Below are positions 29,068-38,950 of a stretch of 64,000 nucleotides of DNA, one piece after another. A program made the translations under genes and the position numbers. Positions within the stretch are counted from its first letter, which is position 1, and every line of letters begins with the position of its first letter. Location of the stretch: contig JBGPIA010000007.1 in the NCBI GenBank assembly GCA_041484665.1, positions 64,001-128,000 on the forward strand, given 5' to 3'. Source of the stretch: Candidatus Krumholzibacteriia bacterium (GTDB taxonomy: Bacteria; Krumholzibacteriota; Krumholzibacteriia; JAJRXK01). The notes under the pieces are model-generated. The model had not been told where the DNA came from. It was given only the letters and a program-made list of their open reading frames with translations, and made no database searches.

Positions 29068-30251
29068 CCGACAAGGCAGCGTTCCTGGTGGCGCTGGCGG
29101 TGTGCGCGCTCCTGCTCGCAGGGACGTGGCCCACGGGATCGCACCTGCCGGTGGCTCCCCTGGATCATCCCACGCTGGAGACGCGCGCCGCCTCCCTCGA
29201 GCCGGGGCCCGAGCACGGTTACCGATTCGTGGTGTTCGGGGACCAGCGGGCTCTCGCCGACCGGGAGTGGCCGACCCTGGTACGTCGCATCGGTGAGCTG
29301 GCCGCAGCGGACGGGCGCCTGCTGTTCATGGTGGACACGGGCGATATCGTAAACGACGGCAGGTACGCCGACCAGTTCCCCTTCGCAAGGAAGATCCTCG
29401 CGCCGGCGCGGGCGCTCCCCTACCTGGTGGGCGTCGGCAACCACGAGGTGTACAACAATCGCTCGGGGGTCGCACGGGACCAACTGTCGGCCTTCTTGCG
29501 CGCCCTGGATGCGGGCTTCGCGCCCGACCGCATGTACTACCGCAAGGACGTCGGGCCGCTGCGCCTGCTGTTCCTGGACAGCAACGACCTGGTCTACGGC
29601 CCCGGCGGCCGCGGACCGGCGCGCGAGGCGGCGCGCGCTGCGTCAGCGGCGAGCGAACGGGCGGACAGACCAGCGGACGGACCGGCAACCGGCCGGGAAA
29701 CCGCGCAACTGGACTGGCTGCAAACCCAGCTGGACGAGATCGCCGCGGGCCCATCCGCAACGGTCGTGGTCGTGATGCACCACCCGTTCGTGCAGTCCTC
29801 CCCCAAGCACAGCGAAGAGGCGGGGGCGCTGTGGAGCTACCGCTACCATGGCAAGACGCTGCCGGACCTGCTGCTGGATGGCGGCGTCGACGTGGTGCTC
29901 TGCGGCCACACCCACACCTACGAGCGCTTCCGGGTGCAGCGCCCAGATGGCCGTTCCCTCGTGGTCATCAACTTCTCCGGGCGGCCACGGAGCAGCTTCC
30001 TGTGGTTCGGCGCCGGGTCTCGCCGAGCGCGCGACATCCGCGGACACGAGCAACAATGGTTGGCGGCGCACGGCTGGCACGACCTCTCCGGCTGGCAGCT
30101 CGCCCAGGAGGATGCGATGACCGCGTCCGAGGCGGATCAGTTCGGAGTGTTCACCGTCGAGCCAGCGGGCGGGCTCCTGCTGGAGCTGTGCTATCTCGAG
30201 CCCGCCGCTCCTGGCGGAGTGCGGCGCGTCCCAGCCGTGCGGCTGCACTGA
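29004..30251 (+). CDS. Exported calcineurin-like metallophosphoesterase
   Basis: FGD, TGD, GNHE, MHH, GHTH motifs; hydrophobic N-terminal segment; start uncertain. Confidence 0.9.
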   Translation: MRIVGVSRPADASRTPSRATPSDKAAFLVALAVCALLLAGTWPTGSHLPVAPLDHPTLETRAASLEPGPEHGYRFVVFGDQRALADREWPTLVRRIGELAAADGRLLFMVDTGDIVNDGRYADQFPFARKILAPARALPYLVGVGNHEVYNNRSGVARDQLSAFLRALDAGFAPDRMYYRKDVGPLRLLFLDSNDLVYGPGGRGPAREAARAASAASERADRPADGPATGRETAQLDWLQTQLDEIAAGPSATVVVVMHHPFVQSSPKHSEEAGALWSYRYHGKTLPDLLLDGGVDVVLCGHTHTYERFRVQRPDGRSLVVINFSGRPRSSFLWFGAGSRRARDIRGHEQQWLAAHGWHDLSGWQLAQEDAMTASEADQFGVFTVEPAGGLLLELCYLEPAAPGGVRRVPAVRLH

Positions 30252-30371
30252 CGAGCGCGTCTGCCACTCGGCGCACGACTCCGCGCACCCGCTTCTCGCG
30301 GTGCTTGTGTCCCTTGTCTCCCCGCGGAGCATTCCCTATCCTGACGGCGTTGCCATCCCACATGGACCCCC

Positions 30372-31958
30372 ATGCTCCACCCGCAAGGTCGCTGCACCCT
30401 CGCGCGCTGCAAGAGCGAGTCCACAGCCGCTCCGCGCGCGCCACGGCGGCACCGGCACCCCAGCGGGCCGCCACGTGGTGCAGCGCTGCCGCTGCTGCTC
30501 GTGCTTTCTCTGTTGCCGGCGCTGCAGATGATATGGCCGCGGTGGGGCGGCGGGGCCTTTGCGCGCACGTTCACGGTGAGGCTGGATGGCACGGGCGGTG
30601 TGCCGACCTTCCAGGCCGCCATCGACTCCGCGGAGTCGGGCGACGAGATCGTCGTCGAACCGGGTACATACACCTGGGAGAATCAGGGTAGCGGCACCGG
30701 TCACGGCTTGATCGAGTTCCCACGGGACAAGATCGGGATGTGGGTGCATAGCGCCGGCGGTCCCGCGGTGACCATCCTCGATGCGCAGCACCGCGGGCGG
30801 GTGATGTTCATCAATGGCATAAACGATTCGACGTTGCGCGTGTCGCTCACGGTCGAGGGCTTCACGATCCGCAATGGCGTGGCCCCCACCGATCCCGAGG
30901 CGGGCTACGGCTGGGGGGGTGGTGTGTGGGGTCACCTCGCCGACAGCACGCTGCGCGATTGCATCTTCTTAGGCAACTCTGGTGTCAACGGCGGCGCAAT
31001 CTGGTGGGGCGGCGTGAGCGCGATCACGCTGGAGGATTGCGTATTCCGGGACAACCACGCCGAATTCGGCGGCGGCATGATGATCATCAACAGCTACAAG
31101 ACGGCCACGCTGCGTCGCTGTACGTTCACCGGCAACACTGCGAGCAACTACGGCGGCGGACTGTACTGCGTCCACGACGCGTTCGCGCTGTACGACTGCG
31201 TCTTCACCGGCAACCAGGCGATCTGGCTCGGCGGCGGACTCTGCTGTAACACCATCCGTCCTTCCACCGCGGGGAGATTGACCGTCGCTTGGAACTCTTC
31301 CGCCGATGGCAGCGGGATCTACGGGCGCACGCACCCCGATCTCGGGCTGACGAGCGATCTCACGATCGAGCGCGGGCTGATCGCCTTCAATTTCGGGGGC
31401 CCGGCGGTCACCCAGGACCCGCTGAGCCAGTTGACCCTTTCTTGTACCGACCTCTACGGAAACCGGGGAGGCGACTGGAAGGGTAGCATCGCCTCACAGG
31501 CGGGCCAGGCCGGCAACCTCTCCGTGGATCCGTTGTTCTGCCCGGGAGCCGGCGGCGATCCCGGTCTCTGCGCGGCATCGCCGTGCTTGCCACAGAACAA
31601 CGCCTGCGCGGCCACGCTCGGCGCGCGCGGCCAGGGCTGCGACGCATGCACGGCGGAGGTGGCGAACCAGCAGATCGTCCTGCATCCGAGCCTGCACAAC
31701 CCTTATCGCCCATTCTTCCACTCCGGGGCGTTGTTGCCGTTCAGCCTGGCCCAGCCGGGGTTCGTGGAGCTGCGGGCGTTCGACCTGCGCGGGCGTTCGC
31801 TGCGAACCATCCTTGCCGCAGCGCAGGAGGCGGGCGACCACCTCGCCGTGTGGGACGGCCGCGACGCCGATGGGCGCTTCGTGCCCTCGGGCGTGTACGT
31901 CCTGCGGTTGCAGACGGGTGGCCTGCAACAGACCCAGAAGCTCGTGATCGTCCGCTGA
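30372..31958 (+). CDS. Right-handed beta-helix repeat protein with C-terminal FlgD-Ig-like domain
   Basis: FQAAIDSA, repeated CxFxxN...GGG units, C-terminal WDGRDADGRFVPSGVY. Confidence 0.85.
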   Translation: MLHPQGRCTLARCKSESTAAPRAPRRHRHPSGPPRGAALPLLLVLSLLPALQMIWPRWGGGAFARTFTVRLDGTGGVPTFQAAIDSAESGDEIVVEPGTYTWENQGSGTGHGLIEFPRDKIGMWVHSAGGPAVTILDAQHRGRVMFINGINDSTLRVSLTVEGFTIRNGVAPTDPEAGYGWGGGVWGHLADSTLRDCIFLGNSGVNGGAIWWGGVSAITLEDCVFRDNHAEFGGGMMIINSYKTATLRRCTFTGNTASNYGGGLYCVHDAFALYDCVFTGNQAIWLGGGLCCNTIRPSTAGRLTVAWNSSADGSGIYGRTHPDLGLTSDLTIERGLIAFNFGGPAVTQDPLSQLTLSCTDLYGNRGGDWKGSIASQAGQAGNLSVDPLFCPGAGGDPGLCAASPCLPQNNACAATLGARGQGCDACTAEVANQQIVLHPSLHNPYRPFFHSGALLPFSLAQPGFVELRAFDLRGRSLRTILAAAQEAGDHLAVWDGRDADGRFVPSGVYVLRLQTGGLQQTQKLVIVR

Positions 31959-32149
31959 AGACGGGCGGGCCGACCGCGCGGCGCCCTGCCGCCCGCCCGA
32001 CCCCGCACCAGACATCCGCCGTTGCCGGCCGCTCGTCGGACACACGTCGCCGCCCGTCGGCCCGGCGCCGCGCGCTGCGCGCGCGGGTCCTAACCTGGCC
32101 CCAGCCGAAGTGGCGATCGAGGGGTTGGCAATCGAGAGGAAGGTGCGCC

Positions 32150-33301
32150 ATGAGAACATCGAGTGGATCCCGTGCGCTGAGACTGCTGGCGTTGGCCATG
32201 GCTTGCGCCGTGCCGGGCGGAGCCCCCGCAGCCCACGTTCCTGCCCAAGGCGACGTCGAGGCCTGGATCGCGCGCTGCGCGGGCGCGTGGGCCGGCAATG
32301 ACAACACCACTCCGCTGGGACCCATGCCGTTCGCTCTGGTCTTCGACCGCGAGGCCGATGGCAGCTTGCACGCCCACAGCGCGCTGAGCCAGGCAACGTG
32401 GGTGGACCTGCGTTTCCACCAGGATGACCACGATCGGTCCGGCGGTTGGCGGCTCACCGAGAGCGCGGCCATGGAAGGGCTCGGTGAGCAGTCGTACACG
32501 CTGGCGCCGACCGCGCTGGACCATGGGACCATGATCTGGCAGACGCGAGAGCGGCCCGATTTCCTGCGCTGCGCGATGACGCCCGCAAACGAGACCCTTA
32601 CGATGGTCGTGCACCTGCGCGGGCAGGAGCACGTGCGCTTCAACCTGGCGCGGGTCGAAGGCGCCGGCGCCGACCAACTGCGTGAGGCCCTGCGTGCTGC
32701 CGCGGCGCGCCCGGCTGGGGAGGCCGGCGGATCGCGGCCGGGCTTCGCGGCGGCCGCGCCCACTTGCGAGAGGCAGGGAGCGGCCACAGCCGCCGGCGGC
32801 ACGCAACTGGCAGCGCCCGGCGCCGGCGACGGCTGCAAGGCGGGCGCCACATCGCAAGCGCTCGCAGCGGCACGCGCGGCGGTGCGCGCTCACCCGCAGG
32901 ATGCCCCCCTCCACCTGGCGCTGGCGTACGCGCTGGCTGGGCGGATGACATCGACGCCTCCGGCAGAGCTGACCGCGTGCGCCGCCGAGCTGTACGGGGA
33001 GCTGCAGCAAGCGGTGGCGCTCGACCCGCAACTTGCCCAGGCCCACTTCGCGCTGGCGCGGTACTATCTCGAGGCGCCGGCGATCGCCGGGGGCTCGCTG
33101 GATAGGGCCGTGGAATGCGAGCAGACACTGCGCCGGCTCGGATCGCCCCTGGGTGAGGTGGTCGGCGCGTGCATCGAGGCCAAGCAGGGGCGTACGGCGG
33201 ACGCCACGGCGCGGCTGCATCGAATCCTGAGCGAGCATCCGGACCTCGAGGCGGCGCGCACCTGCCTCGAGCGCGTCGCGTCCTCGCCGAGCGCCAACTG
33301 A
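32150..33301 (+). CDS. Exported hypothetical protein with C-terminal TPR-like repeats
   Basis: Signal-like LLALAMACA; AVALDPQLAQAHFALARYYLEAP; RBS GAGGAAGG. Confidence 0.7.
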   Translation: MRTSSGSRALRLLALAMACAVPGGAPAAHVPAQGDVEAWIARCAGAWAGNDNTTPLGPMPFALVFDREADGSLHAHSALSQATWVDLRFHQDDHDRSGGWRLTESAAMEGLGEQSYTLAPTALDHGTMIWQTRERPDFLRCAMTPANETLTMVVHLRGQEHVRFNLARVEGAGADQLREALRAAAARPAGEAGGSRPGFAAAAPTCERQGAATAAGGTQLAAPGAGDGCKAGATSQALAAARAAVRAHPQDAPLHLALAYALAGRMTSTPPAELTACAAELYGELQQAVALDPQLAQAHFALARYYLEAPAIAGGSLDRAVECEQTLRRLGSPLGEVVGACIEAKQGRTADATARLHRILSEHPDLEAARTCLERVASSPSAN

Positions 33302-33396
33302 ACGGCGGCGGCGCGAGCACGCCGCTAGGGCGACCGGGTCCGCGCAGCACGGCGGATCGGCATCGACTCAAGACCGCCCCGGGGAAGGACCGCGCC

Positions 33397-34536
33397 ATGA
33401 TCGAGGAGCCGCTGCGACGGCAGACCGCCAGGCACTGCGGGGAAGCGACCGGCGGGGGGGCGCCGCTGCGCACCCCCCCGCGCGGATCGCGCCGCCGCTC
33501 GCTCGTCTCGGCAGCCGGGCTCTACCTGCTGGTGCCGGCATTCCTCACGGTCATTTTCCTGCAGAACCAGAGCGGACCGACGCTGCACGCCGTCGCCCTG
33601 TCCTACCTGGCCAACCTGATCATCACGCTGTGCATCGGCCTCCCGATCACGGGTCTGTGCACGTGGGTGCCCTGCCGTCTGCGCGCCGATGCCTGGCCCG
33701 GATGGGCCCGCCTGCTGACCTACGCCGGGCTGGTGATCCTGGGCGTGGCGGTGGGCGGCGAGGTGGCGCTGCAGCTCTTGCGGCGCCTGTTCCACCTGGC
33801 TACGCTCGCGAACCTGCGGCTGGAGATCTACCGCATCGGGCTCGTGGTCAGCGCGACGATCGTCGGGGCGCGCTACGCCTATGAGCAGCTCCGCCGGCGC
33901 GCCCGCGACGTGGAGCTGCGCGAGGAGAGTGCGCGGCGCGAGGCGCTGCGCGCGCAGCTTGCGGCGCTGCAGGCGCGCACCGACCCGCACTTCCTGTACA
34001 ACAGCCTCAACACCGTCGCCGCGCTCATCGAGGAGGACCCCAAACTGGCCGAGCAGGCGCTGCAGAAGCTCTCGGCGCTGTTCCGCTACGCGCTCGACGG
34101 CTCGCGCCTGCCGCAGGTGACGCTCGGCCAGGAGGTGCGCGCGGTGTCCGACTACCTCGCGTTCCAAGCGCTCCGCTTCGGCGACCGCCTGCGCAGCCGC
34201 ATTGAGGTGGATCCCGAAGCCTCGCCATTGGCGGTTCCGCCGCTCGTGCTCCAACCCCTGGTGGAGAACGCGGTCCACCACGGCATCGCGCCGCGTCGCG
34301 AGGGCGGCTGCGTGAGTGTGCGCGCCTGGCTGGACGGCGACTCGCTCTTGCTCGAGGTGGAGGACGATGGCAAAGGCCCCGGCGCTTCCGAGCACGCGGG
34401 CTCGCAGACCAGTCTGGCCGACTTGCGCGAGCGGCTGCGCCTGCTCCATGGCGATGCCGCTGCGCTCTCGGCCGGCGCCGCCGTGGGCGGAGGCTACTGC
34501 GTGCGCGTGCGGCTGCCGCGGATCGCGACGCCATGA
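33397..34536 (+). CDS. LytS/YehU-family sensor histidine kinase
   Basis: PHFLYNSLNT, RFGDRL, LQPLVENAVHHG; four N-terminal TM segments. Confidence 0.93.
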   Translation: MIEEPLRRQTARHCGEATGGGAPLRTPPRGSRRRSLVSAAGLYLLVPAFLTVIFLQNQSGPTLHAVALSYLANLIITLCIGLPITGLCTWVPCRLRADAWPGWARLLTYAGLVILGVAVGGEVALQLLRRLFHLATLANLRLEIYRIGLVVSATIVGARYAYEQLRRRARDVELREESARREALRAQLAALQARTDPHFLYNSLNTVAALIEEDPKLAEQALQKLSALFRYALDGSRLPQVTLGQEVRAVSDYLAFQALRFGDRLRSRIEVDPEASPLAVPPLVLQPLVENAVHHGIAPRREGGCVSVRAWLDGDSLLLEVEDDGKGPGASEHAGSQTSLADLRERLRLLHGDAAALSAGAAVGGGYCVRVRLPRIATP

Positions 34537-35288
34537 GCGATACTTTGCGCGTGCTGGTGGTCGACGACGAGCCGCTCGCTCGCCGGCGGCTGCTGCGCAT
34601 GCTCGGGCGCATTCCCGGCGTCGAGGTCGTGGGCGAGGCGGGCGATGGCGATCAGGCCCTGCGGCAGATCCGGGAACTTGCGCCCGACGCCGTGCTGCTG
34701 GACATCCGCATGCCCGGGCTCGACGGCCTCACGCTCGCGACGCAGACCCCTGGTCTGCCGCCGGTGATCTTCACGACCGCCTACGACGAGTACGCGGTGA
34801 GGGCCTTCGAAGCGGCGGCCGTCGATTACTTGCTCAAACCCATCGAGGGGCCGAGGCTGGAGCAGGCCCTCGACCGCGTGCGGCGGCGCAAGCCCTTGGA
34901 TGACCCCGGCAAGCTCGCCACGCTGCTGAGCTCGCTCTTGAGCAGTCGCGCGCCCATGGAATCTCCACGCATCACCGCCCGACTGGGATCTGCCCTGCGT
35001 GTGTTCGACGCCCGCGCCATCACTCGGTTCCACGCCGCCGACAAGTGCACGCTGTTCAAGCATGGCGGCAAAGAGTACGTGCTCGACGACAGCCTGGACG
35101 CCCTCGAGCAGCGCCTGGCGCCGGCCGGCTTTCTGCGCGTGCACCGCGCCGAGCTGATCAACCTCGAGCACGTGACGGCGCTGCGCGCGTACGATGGCGG
35201 GTGGATCGTCGAGCTGACCGACGATCAGACCGCACCCGTCAGTCGCCGCCATGCGCCCGCGCTCAAGCAGAGGCTTGGGATTGTCTGA
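34533..35288 (+). CDS. LytTR-family response regulator
   Basis: VDDEPLAR, LDIRMP, DYLLKP, FLRVHRAELIN, VSRR; ATGA overlap with kinase. Confidence 0.95.
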   Translation: MSDTLRVLVVDDEPLARRRLLRMLGRIPGVEVVGEAGDGDQALRQIRELAPDAVLLDIRMPGLDGLTLATQTPGLPPVIFTTAYDEYAVRAFEAAAVDYLLKPIEGPRLEQALDRVRRRKPLDDPGKLATLLSSLLSSRAPMESPRITARLGSALRVFDARAITRFHAADKCTLFKHGGKEYVLDDSLDALEQRLAPAGFLRVHRAELINLEHVTALRAYDGGWIVELTDDQTAPVSRRHAPALKQRLGIV

Positions 35289-35470
35289 CGGCGGCCTGTT
35301 GCGCGCCTCGCGGTTGCACTACACTGGACAGGGCGCCCCGCACTGCCCCCTCGGTTGCCTGGGCGCCGCGCCCTGCGAGGATCGTCACGCCCTTCCGAGA
35401 TCCGCCCGGTCCAAGGCCCCCGCGCCCGATCGCGTGTCGCGCCGCAGCCACGCTGGTCGCCACGATCAGC

Positions 35471-38400
35471 GTGATCGCGGGTGCGCTCGCGGCGACGGCC
35501 TTTGCGCCTTCAGCGCCGGCCCCCACCAGCAGCTCCCAGGCGACTGCGGACGCGGCCCGGCCTGCGACGGCGGCGACCGTGGACTCTCTGCTGGACCGCG
35601 GCGAATTCCCGCAGGCCGAGCGCGTCGCCCGCGCTGTCCTGGCCGACGCCGAGCGCGATCACGGCCCGGACAGTGCCCAGACGGGGGCCGCCCTCGATGC
35701 ATTGTTGCAGGCCCTGGCGCAGCTCGAGAAGGGGGCCGACGCACAGTCGCAGGCGCTCGCCGCGCGCGCCCTCGCGCTGAAGCAGCGCTTGTACGGCCCG
35801 GACCACGACGAGCTGGCGATCACGCTGACCCGCGCCGGACGCCTGCAGCAGCAGGCCGGCGAGGTGGCCGCGGCCCAAGCCGGGTGGGAGCGTGCGCTGC
35901 ACATCCGGGAGCGTACCCGGGGGCCCGAGAGCCTCGAGGTGGCGCGCCTGCTCTCGAACCTCGGAGCGCTGAAGCTCGCTGCGGACGACTATGCGGGCGC
36001 ACGCGCCGACATGGAGCGCGCGCTCGCGCTCAAGGAGAAGCTGCTCGGGCCGCAGCACCAGAGCGTCGCCGCCACCCTGATCAACCTGGCCCTGCTGCTG
36101 TCCGATCTGGGGGAGTGGGACACGGCACGGCAGGACATGGAGCGCGGGCTGCGCATCGAAGAACAGCTGATGGGGCCCGACCATCCCGACGTTGCCGCCG
36201 ACCGGGGCAACCTCGGCTGGATCCTCATGCAGGAGGGACAGGACGAGGAAGCGCAGGCGAACTTCGAGCGCGCCCTCGCGGTGCAGGAGCGACGCCTGGG
36301 CCCACAGAGCGCTGCCGTGGCTTCCACGCTCACCAACCTCGCCATCGTTCTGGGCAAACGCGGCGACCTCACGCGGGCCCGCTCCATCGACGAGCGCGTG
36401 CTGGCCCTGCGGGAGAAGCTCCAGGGACCACTCCACCGCGACACGGCGGTCGCAGCGACCAACCTCGGAGCAGTGCTCTCTCGCATCGGTGATTACGAGG
36501 CGGCCAGGCGGATGTACGACCGCAGCATCCAGATCATCGAGCAGAGCGAGGGCCCCGAACACACCGACCTCGCCACCAACTTGCTCAACCGCGGCACAGA
36601 CCGCCTCGCCCTGGGCGATCTTCCTGGCGCGCGCTCCGATCTGGAACGGTCGCTCGCGCTGTTCACCAAGAGCCTGGGACCGGAGCACCGCACGCTGGAG
36701 TTCGCGCTGGCGCCCCTGGGGGACTGCGCGATGCTGCAGGGCGATCCGCAGGCAGCCCGGGCGTTCTACGAGCGGGCACTGCAGATCGCGCGCGAAGCCG
36801 GGTCGCGGGAGAAGGCCAGCGAAGCCGGCCCCCTGCGCGGGCTCGCGGCGGTCCTGCTGGCGCAGGGACGCGCGGCCGACGCGGAGCCGTTGCTGCAGCA
36901 AGCGCTCGCGGCGGTGCGGGAGGGGCTGTCTCCCACGCATCCGGCTTCGGCCCGCGCGCTGTTGTCGCTGGCGGATGTCTACGCACGCACCGGTCGGCCC
37001 GAAGCGGCCGTCGATGCCGCGATCGCGGCCGAGCAGATCGCGCGCGAGCACCTGCGCCTGGTCGTCCGCGGCCTGCCCGAGCCCGAGTTGCTCGCGTGCG
37101 TCCGCGCCCGGGCGTCGGGCTTCGATGCCATCGCAACGCTCGCCGCGTCCGATCCAAAGCTTCCGCCCGCAGTCGTGCAACGCGCCTGGGACGCGGTCGT
37201 CCGCTCCCGCGCTCTGGGCCTCGACGAGCTGGCGACGCGGCACGTCCAGATGCAGATGCTCGACGACCCCCAGTCACGGACGCTCGCCGCCACCTACGCC
37301 GATGCCAGCGCGCGCCTGGCAAACCTGCTGGTCCGGGCCCCCCAGGCCGGCAACGAGCACTACCGCAGCGCGGTGGAACACACGCGGGCGGAGCAGGAGT
37401 CCGCCGAGCTCGCGATGCTCTGGCGCAGCGCGCCGCTGCGCGCCCGGTCGCAACGTCAGCAGATCGGCCTCGCAGAGGTGGTTGCCGCGCTCCCCCCGGA
37501 CGCCGCCTTGGTAGCGTACACGCTCTACGAGCCACGGATGGTGTCCAGCTCGACGGGCCTGGGCGCGGCGTGGGGTGCCACGGTTCCGCTCGGCGCGCGA
37601 GGCGCGCCGTCGTACGTGGCGTTCGTGCTCTCCGCGAAGGGGGCTGCGCCGGTGGCCGTGCCGCTGGGCGCCGCGGCGGCGATCGATTCGCTGGTGGGAG
37701 CGTGGCGAGCCGTCGCAGGGCTGCCTCCCAAGGCCGCCGGCGGCTCTGCGCCCGCCGGTCCGGGCCAGGACGCTGAGGCGGCCTGCCGGGCGGCGGGGTT
37801 GGCGCTGGCCGAGCGCGTGTGGACACCCGTGGCTGCCCGTCTGCGCCCGGCGGGCACCGTGTTCGTCGTGCCCGACGGGGAGCTGCACCTCGTCAACCTC
37901 GCCGCGCTGGCAGACAGCAGCGGAACATTCCTGGTCGAGTCCGGCCCCCTGTTGCATGTCCTCTCCGCCGAGCGCGATCTGGTGCCCGTTTCCGAGCCGG
38001 CACCGGCGACCTCCGGGATGCTCGCGCTGGGCGATCCCGACTTCGACGCCCCGTTGACCGTGGAGGCTCCACGGGCGCCCGCTCAGCACGGCGCTGAGCC
38101 CGCACTGCTGGCCTCCGCCAGCTTCCGCGGAGCGGCCCCGCCGTGCGCAACGTTTGCGTCGTTGCGTTGGGGCCGCTTGCGCCAGAGCGGCCGTGAGGTC
38201 GACGATGTCCTGCACCTGTGGCGCGCCGCGGCGCGTAAGCATGCCCGCTCGATCGAAGCCACTCGCAGGGGCGCCGGCCGCCGGGAGCAGGAGCCCGCCG
38301 TGAGACTCACGCGGGCTGCGGCGACGGAAGCCGCCTTCAAGCGCGAGGCGCCACGCTACCGGATGTTGCATGTGGCAACGCACGCCTTCTTCGTCGCAGG

Positions 38401-38950
38401 CAGCTGTGCGATTGCATCGCCGGGGCAACGCGGTATCGGAGGGCTGGTTGTGGAGTCTGCCCCGGGGGCGGACGCCGGTTCGCCGGCACAGATCTCTGAG
38501 GGCGACACGCCGGCCAGCGCGCTGCAGCTCGCCGGCTTGGTGCTCGCCGGAGCGAACCACCTAGGCGACGCTCCGGCCGACGGCGAGGATGGGGTCCTGA
38601 GCGTCGAAGAGGCTGCCGTCCTCGATCTGCGCGGTGTCGAGTGGGCGGTGTTCTCCGCGTGCAATACCGGTGTGGGCGCTACGCGAGCGGGAGAGGGCGT
38701 ATTCGGCTTTCGCCGTGCATTCCAGGTCGCGGGTGCGCGCACCCTGATCCTCAGCCTATGGCCCGTGGAGGACGCCGCCACCCGCCGCTGGATGCGCGCG
38801 CTCTACGAAGCTCGTCTCGAAGGCGGCCTGAGCACGGCCGAAGCGGTCCGCGCCGCCAGCCTGCGCATCTTGCAAGAGCGTCGCCACGATGGAGACAGCA
38901 CCCATCCGTTCTATTGGGCCGGTTTCCTCGCCTCGGGAGATTGGCGCTAG
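35471..38950 (+). CDS. TPR-repeat + CHAT (caspase-like) protease
   Basis: About ten 42-aa TPR units (GPxHxxVAxxLxNL), VPDGELHLV, HVATH (His), SACNTG (Cys), SLWPVED, HPFYWAGF; start uncertain, may lie upstream. Confidence 0.92.
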   Translation: MIAGALAATAFAPSAPAPTSSSQATADAARPATAATVDSLLDRGEFPQAERVARAVLADAERDHGPDSAQTGAALDALLQALAQLEKGADAQSQALAARALALKQRLYGPDHDELAITLTRAGRLQQQAGEVAAAQAGWERALHIRERTRGPESLEVARLLSNLGALKLAADDYAGARADMERALALKEKLLGPQHQSVAATLINLALLLSDLGEWDTARQDMERGLRIEEQLMGPDHPDVAADRGNLGWILMQEGQDEEAQANFERALAVQERRLGPQSAAVASTLTNLAIVLGKRGDLTRARSIDERVLALREKLQGPLHRDTAVAATNLGAVLSRIGDYEAARRMYDRSIQIIEQSEGPEHTDLATNLLNRGTDRLALGDLPGARSDLERSLALFTKSLGPEHRTLEFALAPLGDCAMLQGDPQAARAFYERALQIAREAGSREKASEAGPLRGLAAVLLAQGRAADAEPLLQQALAAVREGLSPTHPASARALLSLADVYARTGRPEAAVDAAIAAEQIAREHLRLVVRGLPEPELLACVRARASGFDAIATLAASDPKLPPAVVQRAWDAVVRSRALGLDELATRHVQMQMLDDPQSRTLAATYADASARLANLLVRAPQAGNEHYRSAVEHTRAEQESAELAMLWRSAPLRARSQRQQIGLAEVVAALPPDAALVAYTLYEPRMVSSSTGLGAAWGATVPLGARGAPSYVAFVLSAKGAAPVAVPLGAAAAIDSLVGAWRAVAGLPPKAAGGSAPAGPGQDAEAACRAAGLALAERVWTPVAARLRPAGTVFVVPDGELHLVNLAALADSSGTFLVESGPLLHVLSAERDLVPVSEPAPATSGMLALGDPDFDAPLTVEAPRAPAQHGAEPALLASASFRGAAPPCATFASLRWGRLRQSGREVDDVLHLWRAAARKHARSIEATRRGAGRREQEPAVRLTRAAATEAAFKREAPRYRMLHVATHAFFVAGSCAIASPGQRGIGGLVVESAPGADAGSPAQISEGDTPASALQLAGLVLAGANHLGDAPADGEDGVLSVEEAAVLDLRGVEWAVFSACNTGVGATRAGEGVFGFRRAFQVAGARTLILSLWPVEDAATRRWMRALYEARLEGGLSTAEAVRAASLRILQERRHDGDSTHPFYWAGFLASGDWR

